NCBI GenBank assembly: GCA_964016885.1
Contig: OZ024740.1
Location: 310,000,001 to 310,064,000, forward strand
DNA from: Eledone cirrhosa
Taxonomy: Eukaryota
DNA: 64,000 nt
Direction of reading: 5' to 3'
Numbering within the stretch: the first letter of the stretch is position 1; each line of letters begins with the position of its first letter. The notes beneath the pieces were generated by a model that saw only the letters and a list, made by a program, of their open reading frames with translations, had not been told where the DNA came from and did not search any database. A program made the position numbers and the translations under genes. Shown here one piece after another: positions 1 through 13,728 of the stretch.

Positions 1-56
1 CACACACACACACACACACACATACACACACACACACACACATACACACACACACA

Positions 57-222
57 CTGTTCGACAGCTAGGTCCGAACAGTTCGGATCAAGCTGTCGAA
101 ACGGCCGGAGCTCAGCCTTCGGGGTCCTGACGCTTTTCCTATTACCCACTCTACTACACTAAGTATCGAGTACTCTGGTGCGTTATGGTCCAACTGGTTT
201 CTTACCATACCTTCTTTGTTAT
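57..222. repeat. Short dispersed fold-back repeat (related copies at 50861-50990 and 51107-51274)
   Basis: Hairpin ttcgacagctaggtccgaac-a-gttcggatcaagctgtcgaa at 60-100. Bases 105-215 match the reverse complement of 50865-50966. Sits between (CA)n and (TA)n tracts. Confidence 0.75.
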
Positions 223-270
223 ATATATATATATATATTTGTGTGTGTGTGTGTGTATGTGTGTGTGTGT

Positions 271-335
<65 letters not shown>

Positions 336-352
336 TGTGTCTGTGTGTGTGC

Positions 353-398
<46 letters not shown>
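220..398. repeat. Compound (TA)n(TG)n microsatellite
   Basis: Read directly. Similar tracts at 1-56, 657-760, 2640-2800, 40860-41120, 41570-41760, 43579-43806, 44613-44758, 50991-51106, 51271-51346, 58720-58870 and 62347-62457. Confidence 0.98.
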
Positions 399-402
<4 letters not shown>

Positions 403-654
403 AATATATATTATGTATGTATAAAGTATCATAGTTAATATCAAGCATTGTAAACGACTGGTAGGATTCTGAAAGCCGGTACGATGTGGTAGAAATATAT
501 AAAGGGAAATAATAACACATTTAACAAAACAAAGTAATGTTCTAGCCAGTATATTTCAACACAATATTTCCGGACTGTAACTTCCTTTGGACCTTTTGAA
601 ATATAAAAATGAAAACCGTTCAAAACTAAACGAACGATAGATGCATTCTTCCCT

Positions 655-764
<110 letters not shown>

Positions 765-1880
765 GGGAAAAATAATTTCCCCTTTTCCGCCGCCCACCCA
801 CCTATATAGTGAATTTTAGAAAGTATACCATAAATGTTTGGTAAATGTTTTTTACTGATTCTTAAACTGTCTTTGCATGATGTAGTAAAAATCCCAAAGG
901 GAGTTAACAAATAACATTGATTCATGCGACAGCTGCTATACATATTAAAGAACAATTCAAAGCAAACGTGTCATGAAAGACTATTTTATTTTATTATAAA
1001 TTTAGTTTTATGTTGAAGGTAAGTTTATGTTTAGGTTTAGCGTTTCAAGTGATGGCTAAAATGAATATACAACAATAAAATATGCTGCAAATATTTTTTA
1101 TGTCTAATACTTTTTCGGCACTATTTTACTTTCGCTCCTGCAAGCAAATGTAACCATTGTTGGAATCACTCACTCGATGTTAAACATTGCACGACATTTG
1201 TGCACCGTTTAAAATCGAGTTAAAAACAGTGTACCACTTTTGACCGCTGTTTTAACACCGAATTAAAAACTGTGCACAACCTTTCTGCGCTGTTTTAACA
1301 TCGAATATCTAAGTTTCCTAAACGTAAACTATATACATAATTTATAATTAAATTTATTGATATACATTTGTAAACTGTTACAGATTTTAAAACATTCAAA
1401 ATCTACTCAGGGTAATGTGTTGTTCATGCATGAAAGACGTAAACGGAAAACATTAAACATTTTTTCCAGCATAAAACTATTACCATGGCTCGATTTGAGT
1501 AGATTTAGAATGCTTTAAGTGGGTACGGAAAAAATAAATAAACCCATATATGTAACCTGAAATAAATGCTGGTAACCTCTAGATAATCGTAGCTTATACG
1601 GGCTTCCATAGAGTTTTATAACATTAGTACTTATAATACCGTTTACCGAGGTTAAATTCGATTGTAACTACAGTGAATACAACTCTATATGCATTACAAC
1701 AATCATATAATATATTTATGTCAGAACATGAGTGCTGAAAATACCTGTCAAACAAATCATTGATACCAGTAACGTTAAATAATTCCGACACTTCTAACCT
1801 TCCATAAGCGAAAGGATAAACCATGTTAACATTTTTCGACTCTTCAGACAGTCGGTATATAAATACATTTTCTATGTTAT

Positions 1881-1949
1881 ATATAATTCTGATGATTTCT
1901 CTACAAAGGAACAACGTTTGGGGAAGAATGAAACATATGTAAATCATAT
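1881..1949 (+). ncRNA. Putative minimal type I hammerhead ribozyme
   Basis: CTGATGA at 1889-1895, imperfect stem II, GAAA at 1930-1933, palindromic stem III ACATATGT, GUA cleavage triplet. Stem I is atataatt/aatcatat (7 of 8 pairs). Confidence 0.6.
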
Positions 1950-2228
1950 TAACATGTTAATCGGTAAACCTTGGTGACCTATTATTTGTATTATATATGT
2001 CCTGTGATTTACAAATCTACGATGACTAGAAGCTACTAACTGGATTCCGCTAATCTGGATATTGAAAAAATATATATCAGAGCTTTAAATATCTGAATGC
2101 CTTATATTGTTGTATCATCAACTCATATAATTTACCTTTTATATATAAGTTTATCCCGGATTCAATCAAAAGTAAATAAGGTACTCAATACAAAGCAAAA
2201 AGGAGAGTATAAATATTTAATATAGAAA

Positions 2229-2273
2229 TGGCTTCTACAGGACTAGAACTGTTTCATTCGGGAGAAATCATCA
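2229..2273 (-). repeat. Truncated hammerhead-like repeat (second copy at 54855-54902)
   Basis: Minus strand reads TGATGA-tttctcccgaat-GAAAcagttctagtc and is cut by a TA tract. The 54.9 kb copy has CTGATTA...GAAA. Confidence 0.35.
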
Positions 2274-2638
2274 TATATATATATATAAAGAAAAACGATG
2301 AAGTTGAGAGATTTGGCTGCTATTTCTAGTTGTTGATAAACCTTTTCCCGTCACTGATCTCGGTGGGTTTTTGCAAAAAAAAACATGTTCTTGTCCTGTT
2401 ACTCCCTGTTCTTATGCGTGTAAGTTCAGCGAGGTCGATTTCCTTTGATGAAGATCCTGCTGGAACTACACTATATGATACGTATTTCATAGATATAGAG
2501 GAATATGTACGAAGGAATATAACTAACTTTTGCCAGGTGTCTATATTAGAAACTATTTTGTACTTACAATCACATTCTCTACAGATTATCTCCTGTTAAT
2601 GTTTGATATGTTATTTTATGCATATTTTATACATATAA

Positions 2639-2786
<148 letters not shown>

Positions 2787-3160
2787 CTGTGTGTGTGTGT
2801 AAACGAAATCAAAGAACGCCTACATACTCATACAATTTTTATTTGCTAAAAATGTTTCATAAATGAACATTAAAAAATACAATAGAGGATAACCGGAGGG
2901 AGATAGGAAATGGCGAGTATTGAGTCGAGTGCATAGTGGGGTTGTTTTCAGCACTACAGCTAAATGCAATGGTACATGCAGATTTTTTCAAGATTCAGAA
3001 GCATGTGAGGGCACACAAAAGCCAACAATATAAACAATAGTTAAAATATATAATGAAATAATATAAGATGAAAATATAAGATGAAAAAAAAAAATTTAAA
3101 AAGAAAAAAGAAAAGGTTTTTTAAGGCACACAAAAAACAGAAGACGATATCCGTTGGTCA

Positions 3161-3246
3161 CTATATATAACACTATATATAACACTATATATAACACTAT
3201 ATATAACACTATATATAACACTATATATAACACTATATATAACATA
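3161..3246. repeat. 12-bp tandem repeat (CTATATATAACA), about 7 copies
   Basis: Read directly. Confidence 0.95.
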
Positions 3247-3252
3247 TATATC

Positions 3253-3333
3253 CTTTCATCCTTACGGGGTCGATAAAATAAAGTACCAGTAATGCACTGG
3301 GTAATTGATGGCCTTGTGCCAAAAGTAGAAACA
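3253..3333 (+). mobile_element. 5'-truncated tRNA-derived SINE
   Basis: Core ctttcatccttacggggtcgataaaataaagtaccagt...gccttgtgccaaaagtagaaacaa, shared with more than 10 copies in the window. Confidence 0.85.
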
Positions 3334-4351
3334 ACTATATATAACAGGTGATTTAGTTCTCCACAACTTAGAGTTATAGAAATACTAAAAGGCTCCCAAG
3401 GTACCTTCAGAAATCCCAATTGGGATTTTATTCCTCCCCATAGTATACATAATCAAGGTATACTAGTAGGTTACGGAATTATGTGGACCATGGGTGCTAT
3501 ACCTGTGTATATACATGCACCACATAAACAAATACAGGCCAAACACAAGCAAAACACACATGTGGCGAGGAGTCACAACATATTCATATCTACTGAAGAG
3601 GTTATAAAGATAGTGGATTATCCGTAGATAGTAATACGGTCCATGTAGATGGTCCTTAAAGTTGAAACCAGTCCGATTTAAAGGATCACCAAAACAAAAC
3701 ATCACATATAGTAACATGTAATACAGGTTGAATACACGCATCAAAAAAATCCCCACGTGTTCAAAATCCCAACCGTGAGGCACAATGTGTTCGAGTCGCA
3801 GCTCCGGATTCTGTATAACCAAATTCACCACACCTAATCCAGCCGCCATACATCAAGATAATGCCAGGTTAAGCGTAGCAGTAATACACTGTTGGCCAAT
3901 ACAGCACGTGGACTAACAATCTATACAAAACAGAAAATAACACAAAGTGCTCAAATCAGTAAATCCACCAGGTACCCCAATATGTCTATTAGGGGGGTCA
4001 TAACCAATCAGGCATATACAAATTATCTAAGACAGCTTACATACCACGAGGAGATTTACGAATTCTGCTCCATCAAAAATAAACACGCTACTTCATTCTT
4101 CACCACTATGTGCAAACCACATCAATAAATGACGTAAAAGTCAGACACACGTTACGTCTTCCTCACCGCTACGGATATATACTCATCAATTCATGAGGTA
4201 GCATTTACATACCGAGTGTTATTCCCTCCAATCACCAAGTGACAAACGTTACAGTGGTAAAGAAAGGGGGAGGGGGACTAATCTAACGTGTTAACTATAA
4301 CGCTATTAAATTCGAACTGTCACCAGAAATTTAAATTTTAATCACCAACTA

Positions 4352-4384
<33 letters not shown>

Positions 4385-4434
4385 ACCCTTTTTGTACTGT
4401 TGACCATGTTATTCTTCCCTCTTTCACTATATAT

Positions 4435-4487
<53 letters not shown>

Positions 4488-4488
<1 letters not shown>

Positions 4489-7400
4489 CTTTCTTTATTA
4501 ACCACAAGGGCTTACATAAAGTAGACATTAAGGACAGTACAGGACGGTACAAATGGGCATTTCTGCGTGTAAAAAAATCAGAGGATGTAATAAAAAATAA
4601 CAATGAAAAATTCCCCAATAGGGGGGAGACTTCCGAGAGACGTGTGGAGAAAGCCCATTAAAAGGTCACAGTGACCCTGACCACCAGGGCAAGTGCCCTC
4701 TCCCAGTTTTCCACCTTTAATTTACAGACACATACTCAGAGTAGGCCCATTCACACGGGCCATACTTGCTTCTCTCACCCATCTTCGACCCAGGACTGCA
4801 GCTCCGTCAAGGAGACGGACTGGGGAAAGACGTGTCTAGCAAACGGCGACCACACCTGATCACCGTCGAGGGAGAGGTGGATATGTCGTAGCCTGAGCGC
4901 GTGTCTGCGCATCATCAGCTACGGCAGGCCCAGCCCTACACGTAGCGGGTGTTGACAGCAGATGGAGCGCCTGACCATCGGAGTGCGTCCCTTCCACGAA
5001 AAGCGAAAGAGCAAACGCTCCAGCGCAGTCAGGCGGGGCTTAGGACAAGGTACGACGTCAGGCGGTAGTAGATGACGGACGCGATGTACGCATTAGCCAC
5101 CTCCGCTTGACCTTTCAGGACTGCCGCTAGGTAACGATGGTCGACCCTATCGAAAGCTTTCGACTGATCTAAATTGATCAAGGACCCACTCGTGCCAGGT
5201 TCCCTAGCTACCCTCTCTACGATGTATCGCATGAGGTGGAGGTTGCGTGGATGGATCTGTCGGGAATGGTGCACGTCTGCGCCTCTCCCACCAGACCACC
5301 AAAATGAGCGCCAACCTCTTTGCTAGCACCTTGGCCAAAATCTTGAACTCTGTGTTTAGCAGAGTTATGGGCCTGAAATTATCTATGTAATCCCCCTTGT
5401 TCGGATCCTTTCTCAGCAGCGCCACAGCTCAGCTCACAGAGCTGGGAATTCTCCCGTTCTGTTGCCAGTTGCAGTAGACGTCCGCCAAGAGGCCTCCGAA
5501 CAAGTCTAGCATCTGTACGTAAAGTTCATAGGGCAGACCATCCAAACCAGGCGTTAACCCCTTGTGCAGCCAGTCATTGCCTCCCGTACTTCAGCGGGTG
5601 TTATCGGCTTTTCGCAACACTCCGCCTCAGTGGCCGAGAGCCGCAGCAGTCCGTCGAGCTAGACACTAAAGTCCATCCCTCGATCCGGCCCGCCGCTGCT
5701 CCCGAACAGCATTGCGAAGTGTCGCTGAAAAGCTTCACACATTTGCCCGGGATCGAATAGCATGCACTCGTCGTGGTCCACCAAAGACCGGATCTTGGCT
5801 TTGTTGCCACGACGCGCCTCCGCCAATCAGGCCCATTGAACGGCTTGCGTCCCCTCGTGTCAGAGAGCAGGCACCCTAGCTCTGACAACGCAGCCTTCGT
5901 GCTTTGCTTTGAAGAATTGGTCAAGGGCCAATTTCACCGCAAGTACGTCGGTCGCGATGCCTTGGTAAGCGCCTCGTCTAATTTTCTAACTAATTCTCCC
6001 TCTGCTCTATTTTTCTCTATTGCTAAAGCCTTACTGAACCTAATGGACTCTATTCTAATTGCTCTTTTCAGAGCAAACCACCACTTGTTGTTGACGATGG
6101 CCCCCGTTAACGCTCGCTTAACTAGTTCGCTAATCCGGTCTCTGTAGTCCTTGCGCGCTGGTAAGGACGCGTTTAGCTTCCAGTAGCCGGGTCCTCGTTT
6201 ATGAAGCCTATCTAAGTCAAGCACACAGATCACGAATCTGTGGTCCGTGTAGCTGACTATCTTGAATTGTGGACACCCTATGCTAGACCTATCTATTTCC
6301 CTACAAAATACTCTATCTAGATATAATCTGGATGACCCTATGCGATTTGTCCAAGTCCACATTGGCACATTCGGGAAATCCAATCGGTACCTGTCAGACA
6401 GTTCAAAACGCCTGAGCAGGTTGGTGATTCTCTTGCACCCTCCTCCCCTATCCGCCGATCCCACACAGTCCCAGCGTGCATCTAAGATCTCGTTCCAGTC
6501 ACCCACTAACACTAAAGTGCGGGACGTTCCAAGAAATTTCTCCAGACGCCGGAAGAAATCAGGCCGCCCTGCTCCTGTCGGGGCATAGAAGGCCACTAGC
6601 CTGAAAGCTTGGCCGTCTCAGCTGGTCACGTCTAGCACCACCAACTTACCTTTTGGTTCCAGGAAGATGGCCCGTATGGCGAGATCCAAACCTCTCCGAA
6701 AAAGCACAGCAACTCCACTCCTCGATGACGGACGGCTGGGAGATGCGTACACATCGTAGCCGCCGAAGATCGGTGCGAAAGCCTGTGCTTCGGATATTCT
6801 GGTCTTGCTGATGGCCACTACATCTATGTTTAGTGACCTGAGGTCGTTGAGCAGGTGTCCCTGCTTCCATGACGACCCCAAGCCACGCGCATTTATGCTT
6901 CCTATTCTGATTTAATGCTGTGTAGTGTGTATCGTTTTGGTTGTTCTGTTTTGTTTGCGTTTGTTGTGGGTTTGTTTCTGTTTCGCTTTTGGTGACTTTT
7001 GTGGTGTTGGTGATGGTGGTGTTGGGGTTAATGATGGTGATGGTGTTGGTGTTTGTGGTGATGGGGTTAGTGATGCTGGTGTGGATGGTGGCATATCTGT
7101 CCTAACTTTTTTGTTTGATAGTTTATTTGTTTCCCTTTGTATTTTGTTTTTTGGGGGGGAGGGAACAACATTTTTTCTTTTTTGGTTTCTTTTTTCCTGA
7201 TACCGTTTCCCACTCCTCGTCGTCACAATCTCTCTCCAATTGTGATAGGCCGGGGAGTGGAAAATCCTCCACAGGCGTTGGTTTTGGTTGTGGCGTGGTG
7301 GATAGTGTAGGCGCTGGTGCTAGTTCTGCTACTGTTGCTGTGGTTGTTGCTGTTACAGTTGCTTCTGTTGTTGCTGCTACAGTTGTTGCTGCCATCTCTG

Positions 7401-8713
7401 CAGCTGGTGGTGTTGATGGCTGAGTTACTGGGGTGGGTAAGAGAGGTGGCCTCAACCTTTTAGCCTAAGGGCCCTTAGTTGGGTTCCTTCACCACAAACG
7501 ACACACCTAGGCCTTCTGCCCTCGACGACTACGGTGAGGTGGCTGCCGTCAGTGACGTCTATTACCTCTGGGATCTCCTCAATGCTTTTTTGTTCCGCTC
7601 GGATCAGGAGCTCCATCTCAGATCCGGACCAGTTCTCCTGCTTTTCTTTCGCTATTTCGATTATCTTGGCGTTGGCTTCGATGCCGGCGCGGACGGCAGC
7701 TATTAGCCAGGGAATTTCGATGGCCGGTGGAACGTGGATGACCCTGATCTTTACGAGTCTCCGGCCACAATAGCTTGGGACAAGTGTGAAGTCGTCACTT
7801 CTTAATGGGGCCATGGAGTGTTCTCTAGCCTCGTGTGGTGTTTCAAAGAACACGTCCACGGTACCATATTTCTGCCCACGTCTGATGTGGTTTTGGGACT
7901 CGGATGCCCGTTCCACTCGGCGCGATTTGATATTAATTGTTCGATAAGACACGGTGCATAGGCGCCGATGCTCCATTTTATTATGTGGGGGTGGGGGTGG
8001 GGGGGGGGGGGGGGGGTAGACTGACCCTGTACCCATCTTACTTTACCATTTTATTGGCTTCTTCTAATTCCTCCTGAATTACCTGAAATGCTTCGCACTC
8101 TTTTGCTACTCTGGCAAAACTCAGGGTGGTTTTCTTAATGTCATTGTTGCTGTTGTTTTTATCGTTAATTTTGTTATTATTAATTTTAGTTTCAGTTGTG
8201 GTGGTGGTGACGTCAGTGGTGTTCGGCGTGGAAGAGTTTATTTTGGTTGAATTCTTTTCGATATCACGAGTTAATTAATTTTTTTCTTTTGTTTCTGTTG
8301 TCGCTGTGGTGGTGGTGGGGGTGGCGGCTTTAACACCTGCAGTCATTGGTAATGGCGGGAAATGAATGTCTGCCTGAGACAAATTTAAAATATTGCTACT
8401 GCATATATTTTTAGTGTTGGCAAACGTAGTAATATTTACAATGGTGGTGTCGGTGTGATGTGTTAGTTTGTGAGGAAGGAGTGACTTTGAGTCGCCCATG
8501 ATTTTTCAAAGAAAAATTTTTGTTTGATAATTATATAAGTTTAAATTTTGGGCTCAAGGCCCCAATCTTTTTGAGTGTCCTTTTCAGAAATCAATGTATG
8601 TGCACTTATATATAGTTAGCAATAAAAATTTTCCATAAATGGCAATTTTAAACAACTGAAAATAACAAACCTTTGCGGAGTTCACGATGACACGAGTTAC
8701 TACGTAGGTCGCC
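4488..8713 (-). mobile_element. Tx1/L1-clade non-LTR retrotransposon, copy 1 (both ends present, internal deletions)
   Basis: APE fragments (GDWN, YTDH), RT fragments (FRPITLLNTEFK, DQSKAFDRVDH) and an ORF1 fragment. Termini match copies 2 and 3. Flanked by (AAT)n at 4439-4487 and 8714-8731. Confidence 0.92.
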
Positions 8714-8731
8714 AATAATAATAATAATAAT

Positions 8732-11700
8732 CACCCGGGTGAAAAAAGGGCCGCGTCCCTCAGAGAGGAACCAGACTGGGGTCGAAAATCAGCTAATGGT
8801 TCAAATCTTCCCATCACTTCGGAGCTGGAGACCTCCCATAACCGGAATACTCCTACTGTTGGCCCTCCATGCTCACCACCAAGAAATCCAAAGAAAAAGA
8901 GAGAAAAATGGTCAAGGGAAGATAATAAAGAAGTCCTTGTACTACCCATCAAATACATCGAATACAGAACAGACATATATCAACTGGAAAAAGAAACATC
9001 CCGAAAACAGAGGCTATATTGACAGTAACAAACTAGCCAATATACGAAGAAATATTGTAAAAAAAAAGTTACTAACTGATATAGAAATTGATCAGATCCA
9101 GCTATTAGCACAAAGTCAGCGAAGGGAAAATGAAACATGTGTCAGTGAAAACGAGGTAAATTGCAACACTTCGAATCCCAGGGTTGGGGCGGAATCACTG
9201 ACAACAGAACAAATTAAAGAAAGGATCGAAAAAATGGAGGGAGTGCATGCTCAAGATGAAACTCCAAATGAAAACAATGAGATCGTAAATGATAAAGAAA
9301 TGAATGAGAATGAACTTGCCAACTTGAAGGATGAAATTATGATCGAATGGATGAAAATGAAAGAATCTGACACGGGGGAACGAGAAACCCTCCCTAAGAT
9401 CCAGAACTCCAAACAGAACCAAAAGATAATACACAAGACTAACATAATTCTCAAAAACATTATCATCACTAACAAACTAAACATTACTGATTTAAATCAT
9501 CTCTATTATGCATCGGCTAAAGTCACCACTCACTTATGTGGAGTGAAGATGAAAAAACAAAGGAATTCCCACAAGAAATCTACTTGGCAAGAGAACATCA
9601 ATCGCCAAATAAACCTTCTCCGATCTGACATAGAAATTAAAAAAAACTATAAAGTAGGTGAACATGTTAAACAAACTAAACTTAAAAAATTGAAAAGAAA
9701 GTACAGTATAAAACCAACAAGTGACATAGGCATGCTGATAGAAATAATCAAGCAAAAAGTGTCGGCCAAAGCTGCTCGTATAAGGCGCTTTAAAAAACGA
9801 TCTAGATTCTATAAGGACAATAATATGTTCAAAATCAACCAAAGAAACTTCTGCAGAAAAATTGGTAAGTCAACAATAACTGCTAAATCAATACCACCCA
9901 AGGAGGAAGTGCAAGAATTCTGGGAAAAGATCTGGGCCGAAGAAAAAGTTCATAATATACATGCCCCATGGATAGACAGACAAATGAAAGATACAGCTCA
10001 CCTTGAGGAACAAATATGGGAAAATATAACAGTTGAACAGTTGCGTTTGGCTCTAAGAAAAACCAGCAAAGGGAAATCCCCAGGAAAAGACAAAATACAA
10101 AATGTTTGGATAAATGCCTTCACAGAGTCTCATGAGCTGTTAGCCCAACTTTACAATGAAATAGTTAAGGAGCCAGAAAAGATACCATCATGGCTAGTTA
10201 ACGGCATTACATTCCTGCTTCCGAAGAATGATGAGACAAACAATCCCAAAAATTACAGACCGATAACTTGCTTGACCACAATGTATAAAATTTTAACATC
10301 AGTGAATTTACATATGACAACCTGATAACAAATGACCTATTTCCCATTGAGTGGAAAGGGTGTAAACGAGGCTCATATGGCTGTAAGGATCAGCTTTTGG
10401 TTAAGAAAATGATACTGGAAGATTGTCATAATAGACACTACAATCTATCAATTGCTTGGATAGATTATAAAAAAGCATTCGATAGTTTGCCACACAGTTG
10501 GATTGAAAAATATTTAGAGATTTTCAAAATATACCCCGTTGTCAGGAGGTTTTTGTCATTCAGTATGAAGACATGGAAAACGACACTCCTTTTGAATAGT
10601 GAAACAAAATCACTGGAAGCTGGAGAAGTTAATATTAATTGTGGAATTTTTCAGGGTAACTCTTTATCACCGCTTTTATTCTGCACCACACTTATACCAT
10701 TAAGTAAAATGCTCAATGAAACAAAACATGGATATAAAGTCTATGACAAAACCATTAATAACTTGTTCTACATGGATGACCTGAAACTATTTGCAAAAAA
10801 TGATGAACAATTGCAAGGGCTATTATCCACTGTGGGGCAGTTCAGTGATGACATTAAAATGGAGTTTGGACTAGATAAATGCGCCAAAGCAACCAGAGGA
10901 AAGCTGCTGAAAAGTTCAGACATTAATCTTGATCGAGGGAATGTGATAAGAGAACTTGATCAAGAGGAAACTTACAAATATCTAGGTGTTTGTGAAGGAG
11001 ACGGAATCAAGCACTCGACAATGAGGGAAAGGATAAGGAAGGAATGTGACCGCAGAGTAAGAGTAATCTTAAGAGCGGAATTGAATGCAAGGAATAGGAT
11101 CGATGCCATAAACACGCTTGCCATACCAGTAGTAACCTACAGTTACAATGTCATCAACTTGTCAAGCACAGAGATCCGTAGGCTCGATACAAACATTCGA
11201 AAATTCTTAACCATGCGCAGAATGTATCACCCTAAGGCAGATACAGATAGAATATATCTCCCTAGGAAAGAAGGAGGACGTGGGTTAATCCAGTTAGACA
11301 TTGCGTTGAAAACTGCAACAATTGGATTATCTACATATCTAAGGGAATCACATGATTGGATGATCAAACTCGTTTTGAAACACGAAAGCACCGAAAGATC
11401 ATACTCCATTACAAAAGATGCACAAAGATACAGTAATGGACTACACATTTCAGAAGTCCCATTTACTGCTGAAATGGAAAACACAGAAACAGCAAAGCAG
11501 GTAAAAGTAACTGCAAAGAAAGAACTGCTACAGAAACTGGCTAAAAAATGGCAAGAAAAGCCTCTGTATGGAAAATACCCAGAACGAGCTAACAATCCTG
11601 ATGTTGACAAAACTTTAACCCATAAGTGGTTGGCATCCTCTGGACTGAAATCGGAGACTGAAGCACTGATTATATCAGCACAAGATCAGTGTCTGCCAAC

Positions 11701-12457
11701 AAAAATTTACCAAGCCAACATAATAAAAAAATGGATGCAGCCCATTATGCCGTGTATGTAAAAAAACAACCAGAGACCATTGACCATATAATTTGAATGT
11801 GCAGTCCTATAGCTCCAACCGAATACCTAAACAGGCAGGACAGAGCTGCACAATACATACATTGGATAATGTGTAAGCATTTTGACCTGCCCCATCAAAA
11901 GAATTGGTGGAAGCATCAACCACCTCCCATACTTGAAAAAGATCACATCTCAATCTTGTGGAACTTTAGCATCCAAACAGACCGAAAAATAGATGCAAAT
12001 AGACCTGATATAATATTGAAGGACTTTCAAAAGAGGCTATGCCTGCTAATTGATATGTCCGTTCCAATAGACAAGAATGTAGCTATAAAAACATTTGAAA
12101 ATTTGAGCAAGTATAAGGACCTGGAGATAGAAATTGGAAAAATGTGGAAATTGAGAACTAAAACAATACCTGTGGTTGTAGGCGCTCTAGGAATGATACC
12201 TAAGGGGTCTAATGATTACTTATCGCAAATCCCAGGAAACCCGCGTATAGGAGAAATACAAAAGATAGTACTAATGGGAACTGTCCATATACTAAGGAAG
12301 ATTCTGTCAATATAAGTACATCACAAGTCTAAACACTAAAGATGCATGTGTGAGTATGTATGTTCTTTCTTGAACATGGCGGACCTTGTTGCCTCTTGAG
12401 GTCACTGGTTGTGACTTGGTGATAACTCGTATTAACATAAAGGAAGATAAATGCATC

Positions 12458-12458
<1 letters not shown>
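8732..12458 (+). mobile_element. R4/Dong-clade non-LTR retrotransposon, family A, longest copy
   Basis: Single pol frame with RT (NYRPITCL, GIFQG.SLSPLLF, YMDDLK), a CCHC finger and a restriction-like endonuclease (RPDII, K..KY), then a ~140-bp 3' UTR. (AAT)n on both sides. Confidence 0.92.
8739..12315 (+). pseudogene. Disrupted RT plus restriction-like endonuclease polyprotein (Dong A)
   Basis: ORFs 8739-10325, 10397-11761 and 11797-12315 are consecutive pieces separated by frameshifts and stops. Confidence 0.9.
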
Positions 12459-12498
<40 letters not shown>

Positions 12499-12499
<1 letters not shown>

Positions 12500-13450
12500 C
12501 AACCTACACAAATACGTGACTGATAGTAAAGCGCCAATGTTCAGTACTGTACTGAAGGAGAGGACAATAGACCCGGGGATGTCCAAGGAGGAAATAACAT
12601 CAAGGAGAAAGAGGAGCCTTCAGGAAAAATCCCTTCATAGTATCTTCTTTGAGAAAACTGAATTCAGAGATCCACAGACATGGAACTGGTTGAAAAGAGG
12701 AGACCTTAAAAAGGCTACAGAAGGAATGTTAATGGCTGCGCAAGAGCAGGCCCTCAAAACGAAGTGGTTGATACACCATATTTACAAGGAGGAGGCTAGC
12801 CCACTGTGCAGGATCTGTGGAGAGAGAGAGGAGACTGTGGCTCACATTGTATCCGAGTGTAAACTCCTAGCCCAGACTCACTATAAGGGCTGGAGACATG
12901 ATGTGATGGGCAGGGTGATCCACTGGCACCTATGCAAAGTAAACAATTTACCACATTGTGAGAAGTGGTATGAGCATAAGCCAGAGTCGGTGATAGAAAA
13001 CGATCAGGTGAAGGTGCTGTGGGATTTTAGGATACAGACGGACAAAAAACTGGAACACAATAGACCTGACCTGGTGGTTGTGGACAAAGAAAAAAGATCG
13101 TGCCTGATTGTGGATGTGGCCTGCCCATTCGACACGAGAGTGCAAGAGAAGGAGAGGGAGAAAATTAACCGATACCAGGACTTAAAGGGGGAGGTAAAAA
13201 GGATTCGGAACTGCCATGAAGTCAAAGTGGTCCCGATTGTCATAGGCGCACTAGGTACTATCTCAAAAAGTTTCAAGGGATGGTTAAAGAAAATTGGCAC
13301 CTTCACGCTTTTTGGAATGCTTCAAAAGACATGCTTGCTGGGAACAGCAAGAACCCTCCGAAACGTCCTGAATATCTGAGGCTGCAGGTAGTGGCTTGAT
13401 GTTCATTTCAACAAACTTTCCAGTTAACTAACATCAATGACTGAGACTCA
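12499..13450 (+). mobile_element. R4/Dong-clade family B, 5'-truncated
   Basis: ORF 12516-13379 has CRICGEREETVAHIVSEC, RHD, NRPDLVV and PIVIGALG. Clearly diverged from family A. (AAT)n on both sides. Confidence 0.9.
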
Positions 13451-13484
<34 letters not shown>

Positions 13485-13728
13485 TTTTCTTTATTAACCA
13501 CAAGGGTTTACATAAAGTAGACATTAAGGACAGTACAGGACAATACAGGACGGTACAAATGGGCATTTCTGCGTGTAAAAAAAAACAGCGGATGAAATAA
13601 AATAACAAAGAAAGATTCCCCAATAGGGGAGAGACTTCCGAGGGACATTTGTGGAGAAAGCCCATTAAAAGAACACAGTGGCCCTGACCACCAGGGCAAG
13701 TGCCCTCTCCCAGTTTTCCATCTTTAAT

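Noticed and set aside
3340-4350. ORFs 3463-3849 and 3892-4128
   Set aside because: No recognisable motifs. I could not assign this region.
6905-6920. Deletion in Tx1 copy 1 as evidence of splicing
   Set aside because: The junction keeps TCAG and its upstream end is not a GT donor, so it looks like an ordinary deletion.
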